Shown here: positions 26,835 through 41,300 of the stretch, piece by piece | How positions within the stretch are numbered: the stretch's first letter is position 1 | Layout: every line of letters begins with the position of its first letter | Assembly: GCA_904063045.1 (NCBI GenBank) | Contig: CAJFCJ010000030.1 | Location: 310,001 to 374,000, forward strand | DNA: 64,000 nucleotides | DNA from: Dimorphilus gyrociliatus | Lineage: Eukaryota; Animalia; Annelida | Direction: 5' to 3' | Position numbers and translations under genes: made by a program | Notes under the pieces: generated by a model | What the model was told of the DNA's origin: nothing | The model's database searches: none | What the model saw: only the letters and a program-made list of their open reading frames with translations

Positions 26835-29629
26835 TATATAATTGCTTCTGACGTTTCTTCACTATCTTCACTATAAAATTTCTTTTTTTCGTAACTGTTA
26901 CATTCGATTACTCTAGAATTTTTTAATATAATTTCCTGGTTTTCTTTTGAAAGATCTGTTTGCTATTTATCTTTTCTTCAACTTACTTCAAGAATAGTTT
27001 TCGGTTTACAAAATAAATTCCAGTAAATGTAGAAATATCAATAAATAGTAGTGATGAGAAAGAAAAACAGCACGAGACGAGAGACTTTAAAAGAGAGAGT
27101 AAAGAGAGAAAGAGAGAATCCACCAAATAAATTTTCTTTAAATCAATCTCGCTTAAAATGTATATCACTGGATAAAATTAAGCAAAGGTATTAGAGTAAC
27201 GCTTAGATGGAAGTTTCGAAGTTTACTGCAAGAATCCACCTCTTGCAGACTAGGTGGCTCTTTAAGCCATGCATACAAATTATAGCCTCAGTTCCACTCG
27301 TTATTCCGCGATTCTTTTAGCTAATTTTATATTCCATCCTTCTTTTAATTATCTAAAGATTCTAATAGTTAAATTTGATATATCGAAAGGAATGTTCAAT
27401 TTTTATCTACAGTTAAATAGATAAAGGTAATGAGTGAGCATGAATTTTATGCAGAGTAAGAACAAGGAAATGAAGGATATTTATTCCAATCCCGACTAAA
27501 CTTTCCAAGTCATGTGACTTAAATGTATGCAGTTGGTCACAAAATTAAACCTATATGTAAAGCTGCGCTGATTGACTGCCTTAGCGCGGCAACGCTGTCG
27601 GCGAAGAATTCCATCCATGCCGAAAATACCTTTATTATAACTATTATTTATCGCAATGATTACGTGTTTAGGAGTGAAAGACTGATTTTTAGTTAGCTTA
27701 TGGTCTGCAATCAGCGCTCATCTCTAGTGTAAAGTAAAAGTGTTATACTTGTATATATTGCTGTCTCCTTAAATTCTCAATAAAATTCAACAATGATAAA
27801 AAAAAAGAATTTAATTAAGTTTGATGCTAATTTTTTTTTCTCTTTTAAAAGTTTTTAGTTAAAAATTGAAAACTGATCTTATTATTTCCTTAATAAACAA
27901 TAAAAACAACAAGATATAGAAGACACGTAATACTAAAAAACTCATTTATTAAATTCTCTTGTTTTAATATTGTCATACTGATCTAAAATTGAAGGGGCTA
28001 AGCTTACTTATTTCACTGTGTAGGTTGTTTATCTTATAAAATCTTTGAGGCTTTGATAATTTCTTATAATTTTGCATCAACTCTTTTCTTTTCTGATGTG
28101 CTGTATATATGTATACAAAATTTTCAGTTGATAGATTCACTTGTGGTCATCCAATAGATTTAAACAAAGAATGAAAGCGAATTAACATAATCTAATTTAG
28201 TACTTCTTGCTTATCTTAAATATGTTAGATTCGAAAAAAGAAGAAAGAAATCGCTAATTGCGCCGTATATTTCACTTTTTACGCTTTGTTAATCATGTAT
28301 TATTTATATTACGAAAAGAAAAATTTCGTGATAATAGTAGGCCTACAATGTATGTTTTTAGTTTACCCCTTATAACTTATTCCGTGTAGTACAAAAACCT
28401 TTTTGAATCGTGTTTTGAGAATTGCGTTGAAGGATTATTAGTATGGCGTAAAGGAAAAATTAAAGAGCGTGCTCTTTCTTATTTAATTAAAGAGTAAAAA
28501 GATTTAAGAAGAGAGTTGTTCTTCTATTTATAAATAACTACAATCCATTAGAGTAAGAACAAAAGGTTTGTTATATTTTCTCTATTTTCAGGATAGATCC
28601 TATTAACCTATAATATGATATATGAACTTAACGTGAGATATACTATATATTAGATACAACATTATATTTTAATAATTTTCCCCTATTGCACCAAAAATAT
28701 AATAACAGTTCATACCCTTCGTATAGATTGTCATTTAGAACTGTTGTTTTTACCAATTTACCTATTATAAAGATATTTTTTTTAAATATTTCGTTTTACT
28801 TAACCATAGGGTAATACATTGTAGAAAACGACACGTAATCACGTAATAACTTTGTAATGATTTTAAGCGTTACATTAGCTAGGTAATAAGGTGTTCGCTA
28901 TAGTTCGTATCCCCTTTCTTGGCACTTGTCCCTCCAATTCAACTTTTCTATAACGATGAGCAGTGAAAGATTGCAATCCTTTGTACATATTCTATCTTTA
29001 ATCCTTGTAATTTCCGATACTGTCGTCTTTTTCTCCTTATTCATAAATACATATCCGGAATACTCGACTAAATATTAACTAATAACTGCAACATGCTTTA
29101 TCACACGATCTTAAACTTTTCACTCAACAGTTTTTTTTAAGAATAGAAAGCTTTTCAAAAATAAGCTAACGGTAAAAATGTACATGTATTTCCATGCCTA
29201 TATATCTTTCAATTGGCCAAATTCAATAGACGTCTATGCTAGTTTTCTCCTAGGATAGTACCTGGCCAACTTTAGTAATATACACAACGTAGATAATCAA
29301 TATGTTATATGAATAGGTCTTCGCAAATCTATCGATAAAAGGATAATATTAAAGCAGGAGGATAGGGCATAAAAGACATATGCAGGTATGCAGTAAGTGA
29401 AAAGAGAGAAGTTTTGTGAAAAAAGACAAAAATGCTGACTTTACTCACTTTTATGATTTTCCTTCACCTTTTTACGACTATAAGTAAGTATATACCCAAA
29501 ATAATATATATCCTAATATATATATACTGTATATAAATAATGTAATATATAAGAATTCAAGTACAGTATGTATTTATACTGTACTTATCTTTAAACAAAT
29601 TACACATTTAAACAAATGTTCTAACATAG

Positions 29630-32600
29630 ACGGTGACCCATGCGGTTCAAATCCTTGTCAGAACAATGGAAGATGTTTTACAGCACAATCCAATCAGGAT
29701 TACGTGTGTATTTGTAATCCTCCAAATTACTATGAAGGAAAAAACTGTGAAATAGGTAAAGATAATTCAATATTCAATATTAGTGTTAATACTAATTATT
29801 AACTAAACTATCTATTATTGAACTAAGTAAATGCCTAAATTTTAAATATAGAATTAGAATGTGCAAAAAATAATTGTACCGATCGAGGTCATTGTGAAGT
29901 TGTTGGAAATGTAAAAAAGTGCATCTGCGAGAGTGGATATAGTGGCGAATTTTGCGAAAAAAGTTACTATCAATTACAGGATTATTTATAATCTTAATGA
30001 TATATTTATTTACAGAGATTCCAATAAAAGATGCTTGCAAATCTAATCCTTGCAAAAATAACGCAAAATGTATAAATCATTTCAGTAATTTCGAATGTGA
30101 TTGCAAACAATACTCTTCCGGAGTTTCATGTGAAACGGGTAAGAATAGTTATATAGTAGTATATACTGTATATATATAGTATAAATCTTATATATTTATA
30201 TATGCTGTACAGTATGTACACTACTATAAGGTAGATTTATTTCTTATTAATCTCTTGTTACCTTTTTTAGCTTATAAGTCAAAGTCATTTATGTTAAGCC
30301 AAATAACTATTGATTGCATTTTACCATCTATTATAAGTACTCGTTGTTCCTCGCCTTTATTCAACAATCTTATGTACTCAGTTGTAATTATTTGCCATTT
30401 ATCTTTGATATTTTTGTCCATCGGACCTACTTCCTTAGTTTTAAAGATACTGTACTAATATTAAACTGTCTCAAGCTTTATACAAAACAATAATAAACAG
30501 GAAGTTTTTTGTTTTATTTATCATGCAATTCTTTTATTATTTAGCTTGACGTAATTCTATTCTATTCAAGATCGATAGATTTATATTAACTATTTAATAA
30601 GATTCAATATTTATAATATATTTTCTATTTTTCATTCTCTTCAAAAAACATTTTATCAATCAAGTGGACGATCCATGCAGCAGATGTGAAAATAGCATAA
30701 ATTGCTACTTAAATTTTACTTTAACTCCTCATTTTAAGTGCGATTGCAACAATACTTATGGTGGATCATTTTGTGATATAAGTAAAAAGTTTTCTTTTAC
30801 TAAAATTTTATCTTGTATAATTATATTTTTTCAGAATTAGACGCTTGCGTTCGCAATCCGTGTCTAAATGGTAATTGCTCTGTAGTTAAAGAGGGATTTC
30901 ATTGTAGTTGTTTTGAAGGATTTAAAGGCAAACACTGTGAAGTTAAAAGTAAGCGAATAGGCCTAATTCTATCAACATGATTTGATTAAATTTTATGTAT
31001 ATTGCAGAGGGCATTAAATTCAATTCGCTAAACGAATTTGTTATGATTATTGCTCCAGTATTAGCTGCTCTTTTAGTTTTAATAATTGCTGGAGCCTTTA
31101 TAGCATTTTTATGTTATAGAAGGTTTGTCAAACACTTTTTTATTGAAGATCAAATTCTTTGTTATATAGTTTATTGTTTTGTAAAAAAGGTTCTATAGCA
31201 CTGGAGATAAATCGCCGAAAAAAGTGAAATCGGATGTATTCAAAGATAGCGAAGATCAAACTCCCGACAATGTAGAAGTTGCTGTTGAACCCTCTAAAGA
31301 AGTAACTGCGAAAACTGGTTTGTTTTCAATCGAAATATAATTGCAATGTATCTTGTTTACATACTGAATCGTTTAATATAACTTATTATCTTAATGTTAT
31401 AAATATTTATACAAATTGATATCACTTTATATACTAATTTATGCACAATTATACACACTTTTATATATATATAAAACTGCAAATTTGTTTCAGATACTGA
31501 TAATAAAAGTTCAGAAAAATCCTTGTCAAAATCACTTTCTAAGCCAATCAAGACAATTAATTTGCTGACCCATATTCAGGATGGTATAAAGAATAATGCA
31601 GCATTATTTGCTGATGAATTTAAGGTAAATGTTTATTTCTTATAAATTGATTGTTTAAGAATTCAAATGACATTTTTTTTTCTTCAGCTGCTTCCGGATG
31701 GGAAAACAAATGAATGGCAGATTTCTCAACTGCCCGAAAACAAACCTAAAAATAGATTTATAAATGTTCTCCCTTGTAAGATTTAATGAAATTCTTCAAA
31801 TGAATTATTGAATATTGTACCGTTTATTCGCATAATAGATGACCACAGTCGAGTTACACTTAACAATTCATTTAATGATTACATAAATGCGTCCTTTATT
31901 AATGTAAGTATGGAAAGAATCAATCTATACAGATTAAAAGAAATTAAATTATAAATCAGGGTTATAAGAAAGAAAGAGAATATATATCAAGTCAGGGGCC
32001 CACGAAAGTTACTCTGAACGATTTCTGGTCTATGATATGGGATCATAAAATTTGTAAGATTGTAATGGTAGCCAATGAAATTGAAAATGGACGGGTAAAA
32101 CAATTATTATTCATTCATATATGAACAAAATCACACATTTTTTAATGCAAAATACTAGGAAAAATGTGCTTGTTACTGGCCAGATAGTAATTTTAAACTA
32201 TTTGGAGATATGTCGATTATGTTACACCAAGAAGAAAGGAATGCCGTTAGCATCTTCCGGATTTTTCACGTCACGAAGGTGTCTTTAAGCCTAGTCCGTC
32301 AATAGTAGTAGGAAGTTAAATTAACATTTACTAATGAACTGCAGGGCCATGAAAGTCGAGCTGTTCGGCAATTTCACTATGTTGCTTGGCCAGATCATGG
32401 AGTTCCAGTTTCTGGAGAAGGCCTTCTTCAAATTAGTATGGCTGTTAATTCTTGGCTACCAACAGATACTGCCCCAGTTTTGGTTCACTGCAGGTAAAAC
32501 GAGCACTTTGAATATAAGGACATTTATTATAAAACTGTTCCCTTAACATCGTATAAGTGATTTCCGTACTACTATCGCTTTCTAATCAAGAATGGTTAAC

Positions 32601-35072
32601 AATTTCCTCCTTTAACAATATCCTCTTTTAATAACGAATATTGATTGAAAAATTACATTAATTCATGTAAGTCTGTTAAGCATCACTGAATTCAATCATC
32701 AAAGACACAGTAAGAGATTCTTCCAACAGCAACTGAATATATTTCATTTATATTCTCCTTTATCTTAACGTTCTCTCTCTGTATGTTTATGTTGGATAAA
32801 TTTCTTATTATTAGCCAATTAAACAATATGTCTATCCGTTTTAAAATATCAAACGCTTTGTTAGTCAAATACGTAGGAAAATTTTATAAAAAATATGACG
32901 AAAAATGAAAAAGGGAATGAAAGAATTATAAAGCATAAATATAAGATTTAATAATATTATTAAGTAACCATTATTTGGTAGTGCCGGAATCGGAAGATCT
33001 GGAACATTTATAGCTATTGATAGCTTACTAAAACAAGCTAATATGGAGAATAAGGTGGACGTTTTAAAATTCGTTACGGAAATGAGAAAAAATCGTGTCA
33101 ATATGGTGCAAACATTGGTAAGTAATTTCATTTCTTTTAGCTAAGAAACAGATAAAAGCATTCGACAAGAAACAATGCATAAGACTTACTTTTTTACTTG
33201 TATCCATGGGCAGGATCAATATATTTTCATTTATAAAACACTTCTTGAAGCGCTTTGTTATAAGGAGAGTAAAGTTTCATTCGAAATTGACGAATTTCTC
33301 GAGATTGCTCCAAAAATCATTCCAAAGAATCTAAAGAAACTGAAATCGAGCCTTTTATATCAGTATAATGTAAGTTTTTAGTAAAAAATTGTGCTATTTT
33401 ATTCATTATAAATCGCTTGTAGTCACAGGAAATTTTACTTTTATCTCTATTTATATTCATAAACAGTATAACCTTTGAAGAAGTAGATATATACACTATA
33501 TGATACAGCTATATATATTTATATATATATATATATATACGTATTATGCTTTTATTTCACTATTTCTTTACCTGTGCAACGTTGTATATATATTCTATTT
33601 ATTTATTTTCTTTTAAGAAGGCTTGGGTAACAAAATATGCACAGTAATTGAAAGAAAAAAAACGGAAAAGAGATGTTGCAAACAATCTATTTTTCTTTGC
33701 GTCTTCCGCAGGTGTTGAATGCCTTAAAGCCAGTTTACACTGAAGAAGATTACGGAGTTGCTACCGCAGAAGAAAATACAATAAAAAACAACAATCCAAA
33801 CATTCTGCCTGGTAATTAATTAGCCCTTCGTTAATTATTTAAATTTATGAACTCTGATTTGCTATATTTATTTTTGGTTTTTATCTAATTTTTTAGTAAC
33901 GAGCTATAGAGCTACTCTTACAACAGCAGCAGCTAGTTTTGGAAGCTATATAAATGCTGTACTGATCCCGGTATGAAAATATTTGGAATATTTATAACAT
34001 TCGTATTAACGAAATTATATCAATCCCACACAGCAAACTTGTATTGATACTTTATACATTGCAACTCAAATGCCAAATAAATATACAGAAAAAGACCTTT
34101 GGCGTCTAGTATATGATTACAACGCTTCTCATATTATTATGCTTAATTCAATTGAGGAAAATGAAGAAGGATATTGGCCACCATTGAATTACGCTGTAAC
34201 TCATCCTCCATTTTCAATAAAATGTCTAGGAGTTCAGGATAAAAGTTCTTTTATCTCCAGACATGTTCTAATTGAAAGTTCAAATGTAATTATTATTAAA
34301 ATATTACTTGTTTATACAGTATATTACTTTCTATTTTTACCTTTTATCGTAAGCATATGACGTAAGAGTACCTCTATTTTCTATAATTAACACGTACGAT
34401 TATTAATTATTTTCTATGGATGGTATAAAACGAAAATGTTTGAACTACTTTAATTTATCAGGATTCATCAGACAGTATTACAACTCATCATTTGGAATTG
34501 CTCGATGTCCGGAATGATAAAGAACCTTTCCTATTAGTTCGAATTTTTGCTAAAGTCAAGGAATTTATTACGAAAGATGGTTTGAATGATGAATTAGGTC
34601 CTAGACCAATTATTGTTCATTGCACGTTTGTAGTATTATAATATATTCTAAATAAACATAAAACTTTATGTTTTAAACGAAACAATTTTATGGTTTTACA
34701 ACAGAAATGGAGCAGACATAACCGGCCTTTACATAGCCTTCTGTATGGTGTGCGATATCATTGAGAATGAAAAACGAGTGGACGTGTTCAGCATTATTAA
34801 GAAGATACGTCTAAGCCGTCCAGAATTTATAACAGCTGTAGGTTCACTAATAATAAAATTATATTTGATTTCTTTACTAATTCTACTAACTTTTAATCTA
34901 CAATCAAGTCAAACATTGACTAATCTAAGTGGAACCAATAAGGAGGAATAGTTAAATTATGAAAAATATTGAAATATACCTGTATTTCACTCATTTTCAG
35001 GAACAATACGCTCTGCTTCACAAACTTATATACGAATATATCCAAATGAACGATTCATTCGGACACTGGTAG
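29630..35072 (+). CDS. Receptor-type protein tyrosine phosphatase: 5 EGF-like repeats, TM and tandem PTP domains (D1 intact, D2 degenerate). About 21 small exons from 29630-29755 to 35001-35072; 5' end not resolved
   Basis: Five phase-1 EGF exons (29630-29755, 29852-29962, 30016-30138, 30665-30781, 30835-30948) and a TM exon (31008-31122). D1 motifs: KNRF, DYINAS, QGP, DFWSMIW, KCACYWP, WPDHGVP, VHCSAGIGRSG (split by intron 32494-32981) and MVQT..QY. D2 motifs: YINA, TQMP, DLWRLV and IIVHCTNGADITG, with no WPD. Ends EQYALLHKLIYEYIQMNDSFGHW*. Confidence 0.92.
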
Positions 35073-36320
35073 AAAGAAAGCAGTTTAAAAGAAGAAGTGA
35101 TCCTTTATTCCAAGCATAAATTGATAAAACAGCTATTTAGTATTTGACTTTTTCAACACTATACGTATATATTATAAATGAGTATAAAAGGTATAAAATA
35201 CAGATATGTATCACTTTTGAAATAATATACCAAAGTTTGTATCTATTCTTATTAAATTAATAATCTCAAATATTTGCACTACAGTCTTCCTTGTTCCTTT
35301 ATTCTTTGCTTAAAATTCTTTTAAGGTATCAAATAAAAACTTTATTAGATAAGGTAAAAAATTAATATGTAAAATCTAGTATTACTATTCAAAAATAATT
35401 CAATATATCCGTCTATTCCCTTTTGGTAATTGATCTCACAAAATTTTCTTTTTTGCCTAAAAAGTTCATATCTTAATCAAATTAGAAAAAAGCTGTCAAG
35501 ATGTAGATTCTATTACAAATTTAATATTGCTTACATGACAATATTTTAATTTATTAAAGTTTCAAATTGTTGAATGCTTTTATAAAGTGAAAATGATTGT
35601 CATAAAGTTCTTTATTTTCTTTTGTTTATAACATGTTTTCTTAGATTTTTATTACGAATATTTCATTGTAGTAGATGTTATACTTTTTTTATATAACTTT
35701 CTCACTTCTATTTGTCTATTTTCGCTTACCCTCTCTAACTCTCTCTTTCCCTCTAGCCTTCAAAGAAATGTTGATCGATTAGAGGACTTGTCTCACTTTT
35801 AGGTCAACTGTAGGCTGATTCCTAATTATTCTTTATAATATGACTAGGAATAGAGATAAGGAAAAAATATTCTCTAGCGAAGCGTCATGTCAAGGTTATT
35901 ACAAAACTCATAAAACATTTTTTTAGTGTTCATTGCTATATGACTCTTCTTTTTTCGAGTCTTTTTTATGTGACATTAAAATCGTATACAGGAAGATAAG
36001 CCTCTTAAATGGTAAATTTAACTCTCTGAAGATATTCGCTTTCCAAGGATATTTACAATACTAGTAATAAGTAACGAATTTCTGGACGGGTGTTACGTAT
36101 GCCTATTCAAACCCTAAATTGTAAGATATACAGCAAAACATTTAAAAAAATGTAACTTTATTAAATAAATTATTGCTTAATTAAGTATCTTTAATTGAAA
36201 CAATACATTATAGTTAACTTTTTAAGTTTTCATCTAAACAATTCTTTAAATGTCCAGCAAGAAGCCAAACTATTTAATGCATTTTTTATTGTTTGAGATT
36301 CAAATTATTTCTTTTATATA

Positions 36321-36321
<1 letters not shown>

Positions 36322-36361
<40 letters not shown>
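36322..36361. repeat. (TA)n microsatellite, followed directly by CAGTA
   Basis: About 20 TA units, read directly. Confidence 0.92.
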
Positions 36362-36364
<3 letters not shown>

Positions 36365-38371
36365 TATATGTTAATACATCTATTTCTCTTATCTTTTACT
36401 CTTTTCCTTAGCTCTATGCATTAGCTTTTCTTCTACCATTTATACCGTCGTGTAACTATTGATGCTCTTTTTTGGTAAGGTATTGAAAAGGAAAAGGCAT
36501 ATAAGAGAAAATGGAACTACGTTTTGTCTGAAGATTAACGAAAAAAGGACTGACTTTATTGATTCTTATTTATAAGAAAGTATCAAAGCCATAAGTATTT
36601 TACCTGATTTCATTTTTAAACCAGTTTTATTCCATTATATTATAACAGTTTAATACGATTAAAAAAATAAGATCGTTGTCCTTTTATACTCTCTTCTCTT
36701 TCTGTCAATTGGTTATGGCTTTCAATGCAATTTAAAATATAGAAATATGTACTCGATCAAATATATTAAGGCATAATATTAATCCATCAAAGAGCTTTCT
36801 ATGGGATTACATATATAATTTCTTATAGTCAACAATACTGAAAACTGTGATAGACACCCGCTCCTGTTGCTAAACAAACATCCTTAATAAAACTTCTCTA
36901 AAACTATATAATTCAAAAAAGAATATGGTTCATAATTTATCATTTCAATAGAGGAGATAGATTAACTTTTGTAAGAGAAAAATCAAAAACTTTCTAAGTT
37001 GTTGAGAATCTCTTTTCTTTACTGCCACAAATAGATATGATTAAATAGTGGGCTTTACCCTCTTTTCGTTTCTCTATTCTCACTCTTATTCATTTTATCT
37101 TCTTTAACTCATCTTCTATCCACTACTATTGGTACTTCTCTTTCGTTTTCGTTATTCTCCTTATATTCTGCTTTTCGGTTCATCGTTGTTCTTATTTTCT
37201 TAAATCATTAATGAGCTATAAGATAAAAATACAATTAAAGTGCTCTTGTTATATAAAAAAAAAGTACATTCGGTTTTACTATTTAACAACATAAATAATT
37301 CATACTTTATATATTTATATAAATATTGTAGTTATTTAAGCATTTCGGATAAAATTAAAGATGTAATCGTTACTAATTTCTTCCTTTTTTAAGATGAGAA
37401 ATTTAAAAGCTATAGAAACTGTTGTCAGTTGTTTCTTTTCATATTCCATTCAATTTATTAATTGAAAGGAGAATAAAAGATTTCCTTATTATTGATTATT
37501 CAATTGTATCAAAAAAAAATTGTCTTTAGTATTTCTTGTTTCGTTGAAAATCCGACAGGAAACCGTCATAAGCAATGGCACAAACTAAGCTCAAAAAGGT
37601 TTGGCCAACCTCACTTGCTCTTTTCTCTTTTTTCTTATTCTTTTGGTTTTTGTTAAATAGGATAAATTTCTTGTGATGGCATCACACTTATACAAACTGT
37701 TTATTGATAATATTAGATATAAATATATATAAATATATATAAAGATATATATATATATATCCTTTTAACAAATTTTAAGTAGTTTATTTTCTTATATTTT
37801 TATAATAAAAGAAGTTAAGTCTTAATCTACCTTCCAGACATTTTTCTATCTTTCATCACTACAGATGGAATTTTCTGCTTCTATTTCATGGTAACAATTC
37901 TTGAAATCATTCAAATCTTAATAAATAGTTTTTCTCAGAAACTTAATATTTTACATTTCATTTATACAAACACCTGGAAAGTTTATTGAAAATTTAAAAT
38001 TTTTCTACTTTCATTAACTAATTGTTATTTTTTAAATGCTATTATAATTGTTGTAAAATGTAATTACAAGTCTTTAAAGACAACTAAGCTAATGTGTATA
38101 TAGATAACAAGAATAGGACAAATTTTTTTTATTAACTAATTAATAGAAAAGATAGATTTTTTTTATAAGTAGAGAAGTATTTGAAACAAAAGATTAAAAG
38201 AAGCTGACTTTTATACTCTATATTACCTTCTTTAGCTCAAAACCTATCCAACTCCTTTTTAATGCCTTACACCCTTTGTTTCTCTCCATCTTTCTATCTA
38301 TCTGTCTGTCTATTTCACTCTCCTCTATCCCCTTTACCCTGTCTGTTTGTTTCTCTATTTCTCTATTTTGC

Positions 38372-38392
38372 TCTCTCTCTCTCTCTCTCTCT
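38372..38392. repeat. (CT)n microsatellite
   Basis: About 10 CT units, read directly. Confidence 0.85.
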
Positions 38393-41300
38393 ATCTATGA
38401 TCGTTTCTTACCTCTCTTTCTGCATTTTCTTTTACTTTCTCACATATATTCTCCAATTCCTGGGAAATGCGAATACAATTAAAGTTTATAAGCAATTTTA
38501 TTCATTAATCAATTCAGAAGATATAAATTTTGTGCTAGTGAAGAAGATAGAATTTTAAAAAAAAAACCTAAATCTCTTGTTCTATCCTTAAACTAGGCCT
38601 TTGAGTAACCATCTGGACAATATTTATCTTCTTTCAGGGCCTCTTATCAGTTTTCTCTTATAAGCTGCCATCTTATTTATACTTACAAGTTCTTAAATCA
38701 AATTTCTTCTCTTTTTTCCTATATCTATCGTAGAGAGTTTGATCAAAGCCTTGCCCTTACAAGAGAGTGTAATAGCTTATGCTTTTTAAGCTTCAGACAA
38801 ATTAATTAATCGATTTCCCTTTCAACTAAATATTTAAAGAATGTTTAAGCACTTATTTAACTCCAAAATAACTCAATATATTTTAATTGAATGAAAACAG
38901 CAACTTTCAAAGATATTGTTATAAAAATCATATCATGTGAAAGCATATGTTGTTTCTATATTTATATATTCTCTGGACACGTTATTTTATCCTTTCCATT
39001 AATAGTTGGTGAGTTATTAGTTAAATAAGCACAGGTCTGTTTTGGCATCAACTTATTTAACAACTATATTTTTATATATTTATAAAAAATATTCAAGAGG
39101 CTTTAAGTTAGAACTAAGACGGCTTAATGATACATACAAGTGTTTACCACCCTATTAGTATTATGATTATTGATGAAAAAAGACGGAAAAGAAGACAAAT
39201 AAGATTTGCAAGAGGTATCGATAGCTTTCGATGTATTTTTTGTTTGAGTATTGGTTTGTTTTGGACGAAAGGCAAAAACAACTAATCTTGAATATTTTGA
39301 CAGGTTTTTTCCCCGATTGGATTGCAAATTTGTTAGAATTTTGTTTAATTTACTTTAATTTCTTTAAACAAATAAACATAAGAAGCAACCGAGTTAAAAA
39401 AACTCTAGTAACTCTCCAGTTGTGAGAGTCATTGGGGCAGGAAATCATTATTAGCAAACACTGAGAAACTCTAAGAAAATATCTATGAAGGATACTGTTG
39501 CTCTTGCTTAAAATATGGATTTACCTAGCTTTCAGTATTCATGATAAAAAATTCTTAATACTTGATACTCGTATAAATCTGAAGTTGTAGACAATAAATG
39601 TTAACCAATTTCAAATATCCAACGCCAACAATGGCACTCGCTGTCATTCTAACTAGTGGTCTGGAATAGGAAAAGCTGGCAGAATGAATTCCTTCGCAGA
39701 TGGATAGTCAAGATAATTTCCGATTCGAAGATGGAGCGAGAGTTTCTTACTTATAGAATTGTTGACCTAATTTTTTTCAAGTTATTAAATACATATTGAT
39801 TTTAAGTATTTCTATTCGTAAGTATTAAAATTGGATACGTGTATCTCGTATAGAGTGAAAAAAATGAATTAAAATTCTTACTGTATATAGTAAATTGCGC
39901 AATATGCACAACATGAATTCTACTTGTCTTTTAGATTTAGTTATTGCAATCTCAATAGTCCCAGTTTTAAGTCTTATTATCTTTCGAACTCGGGTATTCC
40001 CACCTACTTTCTGCTATTATAACAAGTAAAAATCACCTTACTTCTATTACCTTCCAAATACAGTAATCAGTTTTCGTCTATAATATGACTACGTTTTCCA
40101 TTACAGGTTACAAAAGACTACTAGACTCATGATAAATCTCTACTAGTTTAACAAATCCCTACAAATGAAAAACCTTCCGGTCCATACTTTTTTTATTGCT
40201 ACTGTAAATATATATTTACCAATTCCTTGAAATTTCTTTAACAGTCAATTAAGCACGCCTTAAAATGATTTTATCATAAATTAATTTAATTTCTCTTCAA
40301 TAGAATCTTTACACTTAATTAAACTCTTTTAGAAATAAATAATCAAACAAAAAGAAGATTATTTTCTTCTTCCTCCCTTCCTGTTACCCCCTACTAACTC
40401 TTAACCTCCTTTTTTGTATTTTCAGTATTTTACTTGCAAAACCTCTCATTAGAGGTAACCTTTCTTTTTTAACATGACTTATTCTACAAATAATTTTCCC
40501 GGGAATCTTTTAATGCTTATCATAAACGATGGTGTTAATTAAATCGACCTTTAACACTCTACTTGGATCTCGGTCTTATAATTTTTTACTTTTCTTCTTT
40601 TGGCAAACTAATCTATAGAGGTCTGACGTCATGATTTTGACTTAGTTTATATTCAGCGAATTTCTCTCGTAAGACTAGAATTCTAACTTACAGCTCCTAG
40701 TAAGAGTGATGATAGGAACACCTGATAGAAATATGTATGACATAATACTCTTTGAAGCATAAAACAAGGTCTTATCTAAATAACTAGGTAGTGAAATATC
40801 TGAAGAGAAAAGAAAACACACACAAAATAGCTATTGGGTATTTCAAACTTTAAAAAGCAAAATATGTCAAATTTTATGAAATGATGGACGCAAAAATTGT
40901 TAAACTTTAATATTTTCCTATAAATTGTTTTTCTTCTAAAATTCTACTTTTATATTTTTACTTACCAGGAGATAAGATATTAAATAAAATGAATATGAAT
41001 TGATAATTGATGCTAGAGCCTTCTATGATACTTATATATATAGGAATGTTGTAATTTAAAAACTATAGTCCTTAAACTGAAATAATTTGTAAAAGAATAT
41101 TATTAGTCTCCTTTGTTTTTTTAAAAAAAAGAATAATAATAATATAAAATTGAATAATGAATCTGTATAAATTAGATTAATTACAAAATACATTCAAGAA
41201 TAATTACAAGGCAATTTTAGAGAGCTTCCCATTTTTTAGGGAAATCGTGCAAAGGGAATAAATTTTGTTTGCTACTGCAAATTGGTATTAGATCATTTTA

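Noticed and set aside
38262-38558. Hydrophobic 98-aa ORF resembling a membrane protein
   Set aside because: It is a translation of CT-rich microsatellite sequence.
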